A stretch of 64,000 bases of DNA from a bacterium (GTDB lineage Bacteria; Patescibacteriota; UBA1384; CAILIB01), in assembly GCA_037131105.1 (NCBI GenBank), contig JBAXRQ010000002.1, forward strand, positions 94,100 through 158,099, given 5' to 3'. A model generated the notes under the pieces. It did not search any database. It was not told the DNA's origin and saw nothing but the letters and a program-made list of their open reading frames with translations. Both the position numbers and the translations under genes were made by a program. Below, one piece after another: positions 28,196 through 38,321 of the stretch (position 1 is its first letter; each line of letters opens with the position of its first letter).

Positions 28196-29248
28196 ATGCG
28201 TTTTCGCGCCCTCGACTTCCTCCTCGGCAACATCTCCCACGACATCGGCATCGACCTGGGCACCGCCTATTGTCTGGTCTATGTGCGTGGCCAGGGCGTG
28301 GTCATCAACGAGCCCAGCGTGGTAGCCATCAACAAGAAGACCAAGCAGATCCTGGCCATCGGCGACGAGGCCAAGAAGATGGTAGGCCGCACTCCCGCCC
28401 ACATCGTCGCCATCCGTCCGCTGGTGGACGGCGTCGTCTCCGACTTCGAGGTCACCGAGGCCATGCTCAAATACTTCATTGAAAAGGTGGAGAAAGCCAA
28501 GTTCTCCTTAGTACCTCGTCCGCGCCTACTGGTAGGTATTCCCTACGGCGTCACTGAGGTAGAGCGCCGCGCCGTGGAAGAGGCTGGCTTGAACGCCGGC
28601 GCCCGCCAGGTATTCCTTATCGAGGAGCCCATGGCTGCCGCCATCGGGGCCAATCTTCCTGTCCAGGAAGCCACCGGAAACCTCATAGTAGACATCGGCG
28701 GCGGCACCACTGAGGTAGCCGTCATCAGCCTGGGAGGCATCGTCACCTCCCGGTCGCTTCGTATCGCCGGAGATGAGCTGAACGACGACATCATCTCCTT
28801 CGCCCGCGACCAGTACAATCTGTTGCTCGGTGAGCGCACGGCAGAGGACCTTAAGATCGCCATCGGCAGCGCTTTCCCGTTGACCGAGAAAATGACCGCC
28901 CCCATGCGTGGCCGAGACCTGATTACCGGCCTCCCCAAGGAGATCATCGTCACCGACGAGGAAATCCGCAAAGCTCTTTCTAAGTCAGTTACTGCTATCG
29001 TGGACGCGGTGAAGCTCACCGTCGAAGAGACTCCGCCAGAGCTGCTGGCCGATGTTATGGACCGCGGAGTCATACTGGCCGGCGGCGGCGCTCTACTGCG
29101 CGGCCTTGATAAGCTACTTCAACAGGTCACTGGTATGCCGGTATACCTAGCTGAAGACCCGCTCAGCTGCGTGGTGCGCGGCACCGGCGCCGTCCTTGAG
29201 AACCTCGACCACCTCCAGGCCCTCCTGCTTCCGGCCGTCTACCGCTAA
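28196..29248 (+). CDS. mreB: Rod-shape determining actin homologue MreB.
   Basis: IGIDLGTAYCLVYV, DIGGGTTEVAVIS, and overall MreB length and conservation. Confidence 0.95.
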   Translation: MRFRALDFLLGNISHDIGIDLGTAYCLVYVRGQGVVINEPSVVAINKKTKQILAIGDEAKKMVGRTPAHIVAIRPLVDGVVSDFEVTEAMLKYFIEKVEKAKFSLVPRPRLLVGIPYGVTEVERRAVEEAGLNAGARQVFLIEEPMAAAIGANLPVQEATGNLIVDIGGGTTEVAVISLGGIVTSRSLRIAGDELNDDIISFARDQYNLLLGERTAEDLKIAIGSAFPLTEKMTAPMRGRDLITGLPKEIIVTDEEIRKALSKSVTAIVDAVKLTVEETPPELLADVMDRGVILAGGGALLRGLDKLLQQVTGMPVYLAEDPLSCVVRGTGAVLENLDHLQALLLPAVYR

Positions 29249-29260
29249 ACCACCCCCTCT

Positions 29261-30043
29261 ATGCTCAAGCGCCTCGGCGTCTTCTTCGGCATCCTCATCC
29301 TCCTGTTCATCATACCGATCTCATGGACGGCCCCTTTGCGTGATATCACCGTCCAAGCAGTGAAGCCTCTGGGCTCTGCTCTCATCCGCCAGAACACCTC
29401 GTTCTTCAATACCATACAGAGCCTGCGCCAGATCGGTACCCTGCGCGACCAAAACCTGAAACTTGAGCAGCAGGTGGTAACCCTGCAGCAGACCCTGGCT
29501 GACAAGCAGACGGTAGAGCGAGAAAATGACGCCCTGCGCAAAGAAGTCGGAGTTACCGGCGTCACCCAGACTACTGAAAAAGCCCTGGCCCATATCGTAC
29601 TGATAAGTGACAACCCTCTTGATCGCACAGTGACCGTCGACATCGGTAGCGCCGAAGGCATAAAACCAGACCAGCCGGCCGTGTCCCAAGGCGCCTTGGT
29701 TGGAAAGGTGGTAAGCGTCAGGCAGCATTCAGCCGTCATCAGGCTCATTACCTCGAACCAGTCCCGTATCCAGGTATGGCTCTCTAACAACAGGGAAAAA
29801 GGCCTCCTGGTTGGCGACGGAAACAGCGTGCTGCTGACCAACATCACCCAGGGGGTAGAGGTAAAGAATGACTCCATAGTAGAGACCAGCGGCCTGGGCG
29901 GATCCGTCCCCCAGGGCATCCTAGTTGGTGAGACTACCGGACTAGCCTCCAAAAAAAGTGACCTCAGCCAGAGCTTCAAGGTGAAGCCGGCCCAAGACCC
30001 CTTCGGCATCGAGTCGGTATTCATACTCCTAACCTCAGGATGA
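29261..30043 (+). CDS. mreC: Rod-shape determining protein MreC.
   Basis: N-terminal TM, coiled-coil (LKLEQQVVTLQQTLADKQTVERENDALRKE), then beta-rich domain. Sits between mreB and mreD/PBP2. Confidence 0.8.
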   Translation: MLKRLGVFFGILILLFIIPISWTAPLRDITVQAVKPLGSALIRQNTSFFNTIQSLRQIGTLRDQNLKLEQQVVTLQQTLADKQTVERENDALRKEVGVTGVTQTTEKALAHIVLISDNPLDRTVTVDIGSAEGIKPDQPAVSQGALVGKVVSVRQHSAVIRLITSNQSRIQVWLSNNREKGLLVGDGNSVLLTNITQGVEVKNDSIVETSGLGGSVPQGILVGETTGLASKKSDLSQSFKVKPAQDPFGIESVFILLTSG

Positions 30044-30501
30044 TGGGACGCCTCCTCCTAGCCCTACTCGGCTTTCTCGCCGTCATCTTCTCCTTGACCC
30101 TACTGGCCAGCACCTCCTTTCAAGTAGTCGCAACTCTTTATGCCCTCGCTTTACTCACCCTCTTCTTCAGAAACAATCCCGCCGAAGGCTACTGGCTCCT
30201 TGGGGGCATCACCGTGGGACTTGAGCTACTTGGCACCAGCCACCCCGGAGAAGCTTCCTTGGTGAGCCTTATCGTAGTCGGCAGCCATCTCCTTTTTGGA
30301 GAACAGCTGCGTTTTACAGCACCCCTAGTCCGTTTTGTGGCCGCCCTGCTGGTGGTCTTTATCTCATACGATCTTATTATCCTTTCCTGGCGGCACGCCA
30401 TCGGTTATCTCTTCCCCCTCTTCATTACCTATCTGCTTATCTGTCTCGGCACCTGGCTGCTTACCACCTTCCGCCATACCCCCCACCATGAGTTCATTTG
30501 A
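30040..30501 (+). CDS. mreD: Polytopic membrane protein, probable MreD.
   Basis: 153 aa, about five hydrophobic helices. Position between mreC and PBP2, with overlapping stop/start. Confidence 0.55.
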   Translation: MMGRLLLALLGFLAVIFSLTLLASTSFQVVATLYALALLTLFFRNNPAEGYWLLGGITVGLELLGTSHPGEASLVSLIVVGSHLLFGEQLRFTAPLVRFVAALLVVFISYDLIILSWRHAIGYLFPLFITYLLICLGTWLLTTFRHTPHHEFI

Positions 30502-32563
30502 CCTGTTCGGCAATCCGAGCCAGGAGCGCAAGATGGAGGAAGACACCTTCTACGACTCTCGTGATTACCGCTTGCCCCCGGAAGAGCTGGAGCATGGGGT
30601 CGAGGAAGACCAGCGCCCGGTACCTGCTCTCAACGGGCTACGCGTAGCCTTCGTCCTTTGCATCACCATGCTCGGTGTCCAGTGTTTTCGTCTTCAGGTA
30701 AGCCAAGGCGCCCAGAACCGAGCCCAGGCTGAGAGCAACAGCATCAAGCTGATCAATGTACCTGCTGACCGCGGTCTCATTGAGGATAGCAAGGGCACTA
30801 TCATTGCCCAAAATACCCGCCAGCTGGCTCTGGCCATAAATCCACAGACCCTACCTGCCAAAAAAACTGACCGCCAGACTGTCTACGACCTGTTACAGAA
30901 AAAAGCCGGCATCGACAGCCAAACCATTGCCATTATTGAGGACACCACCCACCCCACCGACCCCAGCGCTTTCCGTAGCCCTGATATTTTCACTATCAAA
31001 AGTAGTCTGACCAAGGACGAAAGTCTCCTTTACCAGGAATGGTTCGCCGCTACGCCCGGAGTACTTATCCAGGAGGCGCCCATTCGTCAGTACACTTCAT
31101 TCACTTCCATGGGCCACCTACTCGGCTACGTTGGGCAAGCCACTGAGAATGACATTAAGAGCAATGGGGCTATCCGCGGCCAGATTCTTGGCAAGGGAGG
31201 CCTCGAGGAGCAGTACAATGACCTACTAGGCGGCATTCCCGGCAAACAGAAGGCAGAGGTGGACGCAGCAGGAAACATCGTAAGAACTCTTTCGGGTGGC
31301 ACCGTGGTGCAGCCAGGCACGACCCTCCGTATTAGCCTGGACACCAATCTCCAGAAGATTGTGGCGGCCTCCCTCCAGAATGCCATCGAGCTCCGCTCCA
31401 AGACCTTCGGTGATGCCACCAAGAAGCTCGGTGCTTCGGCGGTCATCCTCAACCCTAGCAACGGCGCCATCCTGGCCATGGTTTCATTGCCAGATTATGA
31501 CGGCAACCTATTCGCCAACGGCATTAGCCAGGCCAATTATAAGAAGTTGCTAGACGATCCTGCCGATCCACTGCTGAACCGGGCCATCCAAGGACTCTAC
31601 CCCTCTGGCTCAGTCATCAAGCCCATCATCGCCGCTGGTGCCCTCCAGGATGGCATAGTCACCGCCAACCGCACCCTCGACACCTCGTCTCCGGTAAAGA
31701 TTGGTGGCTTCACCTTCCCTGACTGGAAGACCCATGGCACCAGTGACATCCGCAAGGCCATCGCCCAGTCTAATGACATCTTTTTCTACGCCATCGGCGG
31801 CGGACTGCCCAGCCAAGGGGTAAAGGGGTTAGGGATCGACGCCTTGAATAAGGTCCTGAACGGCTTCGGCTTCGGCACACCTACCGGCATCGATCTGCCT
31901 GGAGAAGAAGCAGGACTTACTCCCGGACCCGATTGGAAGGAGCAGAACATCAAGGAAGACTGGTATATCGGCGACACCTACCATCAGTCCATCGGCCAGG
32001 GGTATTTCCTGACCACTCCGCTCCAGATCGCTGCCGCCACTGCTGCCATCGCAAATGGTGGCACCCTGTATCAGCCCCAGTTGGGCTGGTCTACGGTGGA
32101 CCCAATCACAGGAAAGGAACGTCTAATGCCTCACAAGGTCCTTAACTCAAACTGGATCAGCGCCGCCAATATCCGTTCAGTCCAAGAGGGCATGGAAATG
32201 ACCACCCAACCAGGAGGAACCGCTCAGCTACTCGGTAAACTAACTGTCGTGACGGCTGGTAAAACAGGAACGGCTGAATTTGGCACCGACGGCCTCACCC
32301 ATTCCTGGTATTCTGGGTATGCGCCGGCCAAGGACCCTAAGTACGTCATTGCCATTCTTATAGAAGGTGACGGAAATGTGACCGAGGCCACTGAGAGTTC
32401 CGAGCCTGTAGCCGAGGAGATACTACGCGGCATCTTCAACCAACCCCTGGAACCTGGCCAGCCGCTCTTTACCCAGGCCCTCTTGCCTGGCGGGACCAAA
32501 ACCACGACGCCCGAGGCTACGCCCACGCCCAGTCCGACACCCACACCGACTCCAGCCCCTTAA
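30487..32563 (+). CDS. mrdA: Penicillin-binding protein 2 (class B transpeptidase) with a C-terminal Thr/Pro repeat tail.
   Basis: Start placed at ATG 30487 (MSSFDLFGN…). Transpeptidase motifs SxxK (SGSVIKP), SxN-like, and KTGT (KTGTAEF). C-terminal TPTPSPTPTPTPAP. Confidence 0.85.
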
Positions 32564-32573
32564 TCTTCAAACC

Positions 32574-32861
32574 GTGCCCTGGAAAAAGACCTCTCAGCTG
32601 ATTAGCAAGAACATGTACCGCAACGGGCTTGGTCCTATTCTAATCGCCGGACAGGTATGCCGCGAGGCCGAACGCCTCTACCCCGGCCTCTACAAAGCAG
32701 TTTCCCTGAAAGATGGCTGCCTAAACCTGGAAATCCAACGTACAGACAGACTCAAACTGGTCATGATCCAAGGCAAGCTTATCGAGGATCTCAAGGCCTA
32801 TTCCACCGCCCAAAATCTCCCTCCCATCGACCGGATACGATTGACATTTTACTCAGAATAA
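32574..32861 (+). CDS. DUF721-family small protein (zinc-ribbon-like, often near replication genes).
   Basis: 95 aa. Pattern LISKNMYRNGLGP…AVSLKDGCLNLEI…LKLVMIQGKLIEDLKAY resembles DUF721. Moderate confidence, by eye only. Confidence 0.45.
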   Translation: MPWKKTSQLISKNMYRNGLGPILIAGQVCREAERLYPGLYKAVSLKDGCLNLEIQRTDRLKLVMIQGKLIEDLKAYSTAQNLPPIDRIRLTFYSE

Positions 32862-32920
32862 GGTATACTCGTGATGTACAAGTTTGCGCTCTCCTCGTTT
32901 CACCCTCCTTTCCGCTTCTG

Positions 32921-33493
32921 ATGGACTCCTCCACCCATAAGCTCTCCGACCTGGCAGACCAGGTCCGTACCTGCACTCTCTGTCGCCTTTGTGAAGGCCG
33001 CACCAATGCAGTCCCGGGGGAAGGAAATTTCTCCGCCGACGTGGTATTTATCGGCGAGGGACCAGGAAAAAATGAAGACGAGCAAGGCATCCCCTTCTGC
33101 GGAGCCTCAGGCAAGCTGCTTGACAGTCTTCTTGCCACCATCAATCTCTCCCGTCAGGACGTATTTATTACCAATGTCGTTAAGTGCCGCCCACCGGGCA
33201 ATCGCGACCCCCTTCCTGACGAGAAGCAGACCTGTGCTACCACCTACCTCAACCGACAGCTCGAATTGATCAACCCTAAGCTCATTGTCACCCTCGGTCG
33301 TCACGCCCTTGGCCATTTTATCCCGGACCTCAAGATCTCTCAGGTTCACGGTCAGCCCAAGCGCCATCACGGCCAAGTCTACCTAGCCCTCTACCACCCT
33401 GCAGTCGCCCTTTATAACGGCGGCATGCGTCAAACCCTCGAGGAGGATTTCCTCATTATTCCAAAAGTATTACGCACACTAGCATCCCAATAA
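32921..33493 (+). CDS. Uracil-DNA glycosylase, family 4.
   Basis: Start placed at ATG 32921 (MDSSTHKLS…). Motifs CTLCRLCEGR (Fe-S cysteines), GEGPG, and FITNVVKCRPPGNRDP (family-4 motif B). Confidence 0.8.
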   Translation: MDSSTHKLSDLADQVRTCTLCRLCEGRTNAVPGEGNFSADVVFIGEGPGKNEDEQGIPFCGASGKLLDSLLATINLSRQDVFITNVVKCRPPGNRDPLPDEKQTCATTYLNRQLELINPKLIVTLGRHALGHFIPDLKISQVHGQPKRHHGQVYLALYHPAVALYNGGMRQTLEEDFLIIPKVLRTLASQ

Positions 33494-35829
33494 TGGACAT
33501 CATCACAAACAAAGAAGTGTTCTCCAGCGAGAACCAGGCTAATATGCCTAAGAAGGTCGGACGACGCCCTAGCCGTCCCCGCACTACATCCGGGCCACGT
33601 AACTCACGCCCAGCTGCCGGTGACCAGCACTCAAAGGCACCCGTAGCTACTCAGGCTGCCCCGGCTGCAGTACCTGCTGACGTACAGCCTACCACTGTCG
33701 GCCCCCACACCGACTCTACTACCTACCAGGCAGAGCCTAAGAAGACTGTCTTCTACCAGGCCTCCCGTCCTCGTACGCCTCTGGCCGGTGAGACCCCTGC
33801 CCCCGAAGGCGCTGCTCCTGCAGCCCCTCTTGGCGACCGCCAGCCTCGCAATGACCGACGCCCCCGTCGGCCGCTTCCTGGTGGCTTCTCTTCTGGCGGC
33901 CAGCGTTCCAGTATGCCACGTCCTACCCCTCAGGCACCCGCTCAGTCGAGCGCTCCCGCCGAGAACCCGGCCAGCCTGCCTATCGGCCACCCCAACCATC
34001 CTGACAATCCTCGTAATCCCGGCCGCTTCCAGGCCCCTGCTCGTCGTCCTGACCGCCGTCGCTATCCCGAGGACAGCGGAGGTGTCTTCATGCAGCCAGG
34101 TGGCAACCTGAAGGCCCTCAGCGAGACCCAGCCCGAGTCTTCCGTCCCCAAGAACACCACCGGCGAGAAGCTGAAGATCATTCCTCTGGGTGGTCTTGAG
34201 GAAATCGGCAAGAACATGACAGTTTTCGAATACGGCAATGACATTATCATCGTCGACATGGGCTTCCAGTTCCCTGAGTCCGACATGTTAGGTATCGACT
34301 ATGTCATCCCTGACGTTACCTACCTCGAGGCCAAGAAGGCCAACATCCGCGGTGCCATCATCACCCACGGCCACCTTGACCACACCGGTGCCATTCCTTA
34401 CATCGTCCAGAAGCTCGGCTTCCCTACCCTATACGGAACCGCCATCACCATGGGCATGGCCAAGGGCCGACTGACCGAGTTCGGTCTTGAGGGCAAGAAC
34501 AAGATGGTCGCCATCGAGCCTGAGAAGGACGTCCTGCGCCTCGGTGTCTTCACCATCCGTCCCTTCCGCCTAATGCACAGCATCCCCGGCGCCATCGGTC
34601 TAGAGATCGAGACCCCTAACGGACGTATCTCCTACTGTACCGACTGGAAGTTCGACTACACCCCAGCCTCCGGCGAGCAGATCGACTTCCGTACCCTGGC
34701 CGCCATCGGTACCCGCGGCGTAGACCTGCTGTTCTCTGACTCCACCAATGTCGACCGTCCCGGCCACTCCATCTCTGAGAAGGTGGTTGAGACCTCGTTG
34801 AACACCGCCATTTCTGAGGCGAAGGCCCGCGTGATTATCGCGATGTTCTCCTCTGACCTGAACCGGGTCCAGATGGCGCTCAATGCCGCCGCCAAGTCAG
34901 GCCGCAAGGTACTGGTAGTCGGCCGCAGTATGATGCAGAACGTTGAAATGGCCGTGAACCTGAAGGCTCTGAACGTACCACCAAACACCCTGGTCTCCGA
35001 GCGTGAGATCAACCGATTCGCCGACGAGAAGGTACTGGTACTTTCTACCGGTGCCCAAGGTGAGGACCGGGCTGCCCTGTCCCGCATGGCTTCCGGTGAG
35101 CACCGCGTCATCAAGATCAAGAAGGGCGACACCGTCATTCTTTCCTCTTCCCCTATCCCAGGTAACGAGCGAGCTGTCAGCGGCGTCATGGACAAGCTGT
35201 ACAAGGCTGGTGCCAGCGTGATCTACAACAAGATCATGGACACCCACACCTCAGGCCACGCCTACCAGGAAGACCTGAAGCTGATGCTCGCATTGATGCG
35301 GCCTAAGTACTTCGTACCGCTGCACGGTGAGCGCGCCCGCCTGATATTGCACGGCAAGCTGGCCCAAGAGGTCGGCGTCAGCCCAGAGAACGTCATCATC
35401 GGTGACAACGGTCTGATCCTCGAGATGGACAGTACCGGTAAGGTGTATCCTACCGAGAACCACGCCCCTGCCGGCTACGTCATGGTGGACGGCCTCGGTG
35501 TCGGTGACGTTGGAAACATCGTCCTGCGTGACCGCCAGGCCATGGCCCAGGAAGGCGTATTCTTCATCGTCAGCGTCTATGACGCCAAGCAGAAGCGATT
35601 CCTGAACTCACCCGACCTTATCTCCCGTGGATTTATCTACATGCGTGAGAATGAGGGCTTCGTGAACGAGGTGCGCAATGAGATTAAGGGCTTCCTCGCC
35701 AAGGCAGTAGCCAGCGGCAAGGTTGACCTTCCTGCTATCCGGAACGACCTGCGCGACCGGGTCAGCAAGTACCTCTATGAGAAGACCGAGCGCCAGCCAA
35801 TGGTTATCCCGGTGATTATTGAGGTCTAA
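33493..35829 (+). CDS. rnj: Ribonuclease J (metallo-beta-lactamase/beta-CASP) with a ~220-aa Pro/Arg/Ala-rich disordered N-terminal extension.
   Basis: IIPLGGLEEIGKNMTVFEY…IIVDMG…THGHLDHTGAIP (HxHxDH) and the beta-CASP and C-terminal domains. The N-terminal 220 aa are low complexity (RPSRPRTTSGPRNSRPAAG…). Confidence 0.9.
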   Translation: MDIITNKEVFSSENQANMPKKVGRRPSRPRTTSGPRNSRPAAGDQHSKAPVATQAAPAAVPADVQPTTVGPHTDSTTYQAEPKKTVFYQASRPRTPLAGETPAPEGAAPAAPLGDRQPRNDRRPRRPLPGGFSSGGQRSSMPRPTPQAPAQSSAPAENPASLPIGHPNHPDNPRNPGRFQAPARRPDRRRYPEDSGGVFMQPGGNLKALSETQPESSVPKNTTGEKLKIIPLGGLEEIGKNMTVFEYGNDIIIVDMGFQFPESDMLGIDYVIPDVTYLEAKKANIRGAIITHGHLDHTGAIPYIVQKLGFPTLYGTAITMGMAKGRLTEFGLEGKNKMVAIEPEKDVLRLGVFTIRPFRLMHSIPGAIGLEIETPNGRISYCTDWKFDYTPASGEQIDFRTLAAIGTRGVDLLFSDSTNVDRPGHSISEKVVETSLNTAISEAKARVIIAMFSSDLNRVQMALNAAAKSGRKVLVVGRSMMQNVEMAVNLKALNVPPNTLVSEREINRFADEKVLVLSTGAQGEDRAALSRMASGEHRVIKIKKGDTVILSSSPIPGNERAVSGVMDKLYKAGASVIYNKIMDTHTSGHAYQEDLKLMLALMRPKYFVPLHGERARLILHGKLAQEVGVSPENVIIGDNGLILEMDSTGKVYPTENHAPAGYVMVDGLGVGDVGNIVLRDRQAMAQEGVFFIVSVYDAKQKRFLNSPDLISRGFIYMRENEGFVNEVRNEIKGFLAKAVASGKVDLPAIRNDLRDRVSKYLYEKTERQPMVIPVIIEV

Positions 35830-35847
35830 ATAGCTTGGTGCAGCAGA

Positions 35848-35878
35848 AAAGGGACCCGAATAGGGTCCTTTTTCGTAT
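35848..35878 (+). terminator. Intrinsic terminator after rnj.
   Basis: AAAAGGGACCC-GAATA-GGGTCCTTTTTCG. Confidence 0.6.
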
Positions 35879-36105
35879 CAAGAAATCTTGTTATCCTTTT
35901 CTTATCATGACTAACACTCCCGACAAACAACTCGAGAAGATTACCAGCATGCTTCCTCCTCTTCCCAAGAAGTACCAGGGTAATAACCTTGATACTATCA
36001 TTGTAGAAGCAACTGATGCTTTCTTCTTCGAAAAGTACCTCAGTCAGACTGACTAGGCCACGTACTTAAGAATCGTTCTTTTAAACGCTCTAGCTCTATG
36101 GGCAT

Positions 36106-36134
36106 GTTGGCGCAGGGCTCTTCTTTCGGTATAC
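36106..36134 (+). promoter_or_regulatory. Sigma70-like promoter for the helicase gene.
   Basis: TTGGCG – 17 nt – TATACT, ending ~10 nt before the ATG at 36145 (near-leaderless transcript). Confidence 0.4.
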
Positions 36135-36144
36135 TCAACCCCGC

Positions 36145-37506
36145 ATGACTACACCCGAGATCACCCCCCAGTTCCAAGCCGCCCTCGACCTCATGGAGGA
36201 CAGTAATCAGCACGTCTTCCTCACCGGACGGGCCGGCACTGGCAAATCCACTCTCTTGAATCACTTTAGAACCATCACCAAGAAGAAGGTGGCGGTACTG
36301 GCCCCCACCGGAGTGGCAGCCATTAATGTAGGAGGACAGACCATCCACTCATTCTTCAGATTTCGTCCCGACGTTACTCCTGACACTGCCAGCCGCAGTC
36401 GCCCGGCCGCTGAGAATGCCAAGCTGTATAAGACCCTGGACACCATAGTCATCGACGAGGTCTCCATGCTTCGGGCCGACATGCTGGACTGCATAAACAG
36501 GTTCCTGCGCCTCTACGGGCCCCACAAGGACAGGCCATTCGGCGGCGTCCAGATGATCTTCATCGGTGACCTCTACCAGCTGCCTCCCGTAGTCACCACC
36601 CAGGACCGTGAGATCTTCAACTCTCAGTATAAGAGCCCCTACTTCTTCGACGCCAAGATTATTGATGACATTACCCTTTACCTGGCCGAGCTGGACCACA
36701 TCTTCAGGCAGAAGGATGACTCCTTCATCTCCATCCTGAACGCCATCCGGGAAAACGCCGTCACACCCGAACAACTGGAGGAGCTCAATGAGCGACAAGT
36801 ACTGTATCAGGGGCAAGAGGAAGGACTCATCTCCCTCACCACTACCAACGACCTTGCCCACAAAATCAACGACGAGCACCTGCGGGAGCTGCCAGCCCCA
36901 GAGCACACCTTCGTCGGCACTCCCACCGGCAGCTTCAAGGAGCGTGACTTCCCCACCCCGCAAGAACTCAAGCTCAAGCCCGACGCCCAAGTCATGCTAC
37001 TGGTAAATGACCCCAAAGGACGCTGGGTAAACGGCAGCATAGGGCGGGTAAAACGGGTATATGACGACCCTCAAGGTAGCGACCCCGTGGTGGAGGTCGA
37101 GCTTTCAGACGGCCGGCTTATCAAGGTCCTCCCATTCATGTGGGAGATGTCAAAGTACGTGCTAAGCCCCGAGAGCGGCCAGCTCGAGTCAGAGCTGGTA
37201 GGCAGTTACCGCCACTACCCGTTGCGCCTGGCCTGGGCTGTAACCATACATAAGAGCCAGGGATCAACCTTCGACCGGGTCCATATCGATTTGGGTCGCG
37301 GGACCTTCAGTCACGGCCAATTATACGTGGCGCTGAGCCGTTGCCGAACCCTCGACGGCATCACACTGAAGCAAAGTATCGTCCCTCGATACATAGTGAC
37401 CGACAAGCGCATCAGTGAGTTTCTCAAAAGCTTCAAGGACGGCATGCGGCAAGTCGGCCAAGCCAGCCTAGCCTTTGGGGATGGCTGGTCGGAATGGGGA
37501 GCCTAA
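36145..37506 (+). CDS. Pif1/RecD-family (SF1B) DNA helicase.
   Basis: Walker A (FLTGRAGTGKST); motif II and Pif1-style blocks (VIDEVSMLRADMLDCINRFLR…FGGVQMIFIGDLYQLPPV); C-terminal …AVTIHKSQGSTFDRV. Confidence 0.8.
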   Translation: MTTPEITPQFQAALDLMEDSNQHVFLTGRAGTGKSTLLNHFRTITKKKVAVLAPTGVAAINVGGQTIHSFFRFRPDVTPDTASRSRPAAENAKLYKTLDTIVIDEVSMLRADMLDCINRFLRLYGPHKDRPFGGVQMIFIGDLYQLPPVVTTQDREIFNSQYKSPYFFDAKIIDDITLYLAELDHIFRQKDDSFISILNAIRENAVTPEQLEELNERQVLYQGQEEGLISLTTTNDLAHKINDEHLRELPAPEHTFVGTPTGSFKERDFPTPQELKLKPDAQVMLLVNDPKGRWVNGSIGRVKRVYDDPQGSDPVVEVELSDGRLIKVLPFMWEMSKYVLSPESGQLESELVGSYRHYPLRLAWAVTIHKSQGSTFDRVHIDLGRGTFSHGQLYVALSRCRTLDGITLKQSIVPRYIVTDKRISEFLKSFKDGMRQVGQASLAFGDGWSEWGA

Positions 37507-37571
37507 CACACAGTAGCAGGGCGCCGCTCTCGACGCCCTGCTACATATCTTCAGGCTTTAGTGTGCCTCTA

Positions 37572-37847
37572 TTACTGCTGGCCATCTGATGCGCCGTCCC
37601 TTACCTTTGCCCAAAGCTCGTCAAGTCTCTCCTGTGAGATTCCTTCCCGTCCCCGCTCTTCATCAATCTCCGCGAGAACATCCCTGTGCTCATACATAAT
37701 CGCCATTACCGGACCGACTTTCTCTATCGTCTCCAGATCCAATCCCTCGGTTAGACGTGCCCGTTCCTCTTCGGGGATACCTTCAAGAGGATCCTTCTTC
37801 TGGTTAGGACTCTCGCCAAACCCGCCACCAAATTGTTCTTCGTACAT
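37572..37847 (-). CDS. Small acidic hypothetical protein.
   Basis: 91-aa ORF, Glu/Asp-rich. No family recognised. Confidence 0.35.
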   Translation of the reverse strand: MYEEQFGGGFGESPNQKKDPLEGIPEEERARLTEGLDLETIEKVGPVMAIMYEHRDVLAEIDEERGREGISQERLDELWAKVRDGASDGQQ

Positions 37848-37976
37848 CGTGCTCCTTTCTCTCTAGTTAGCGATCTTTTCTTAATACTAATCCTTCGGAC
37901 CCCACTGTCAATCCTCAGTTGAGTCACATCCTGCCGTGGTATACAGTAAGGGCAGCCTCAGCCCCTTATTAACACC

Positions 37977-38321
37977 ATGAACAAGAATGGCCCTGTACTC
38001 TCAACCCTCTTTTTTATTTCAGTCTGCCTCTCTGCTGGCTCCTACCTTATTAAGAGCTACGACACATTCAGCTGCACCGACGTCATTGACCTTTCCAGGC
38101 CAACCCTAACCTGCAAAGACACCCTGCGAGGCTGGCCCGTCACCTACTATTATTCAAATCTTGAAGGACAGGACCTGGCGCTACGGGGATATGACAGCCT
38201 CAATAAGCCCCTCCCAATTACCATGGAGTTCGCCTTAAATACCTGCTGCTACCTGGTACCCCTTGGCCTGGCCTATGGCCTACTTATCGCGCTAAAGAAG
38301 AAGCCGGCTAAAGCTCAATAA
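37977..38321 (+). CDS. Small membrane/secreted hypothetical protein.
   Basis: 114 aa with N-terminal and C-terminal hydrophobic segments and several Cys. Confidence 0.35.
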   Translation: MNKNGPVLSTLFFISVCLSAGSYLIKSYDTFSCTDVIDLSRPTLTCKDTLRGWPVTYYYSNLEGQDLALRGYDSLNKPLPITMEFALNTCCYLVPLGLAYGLLIALKKKPAKAQ

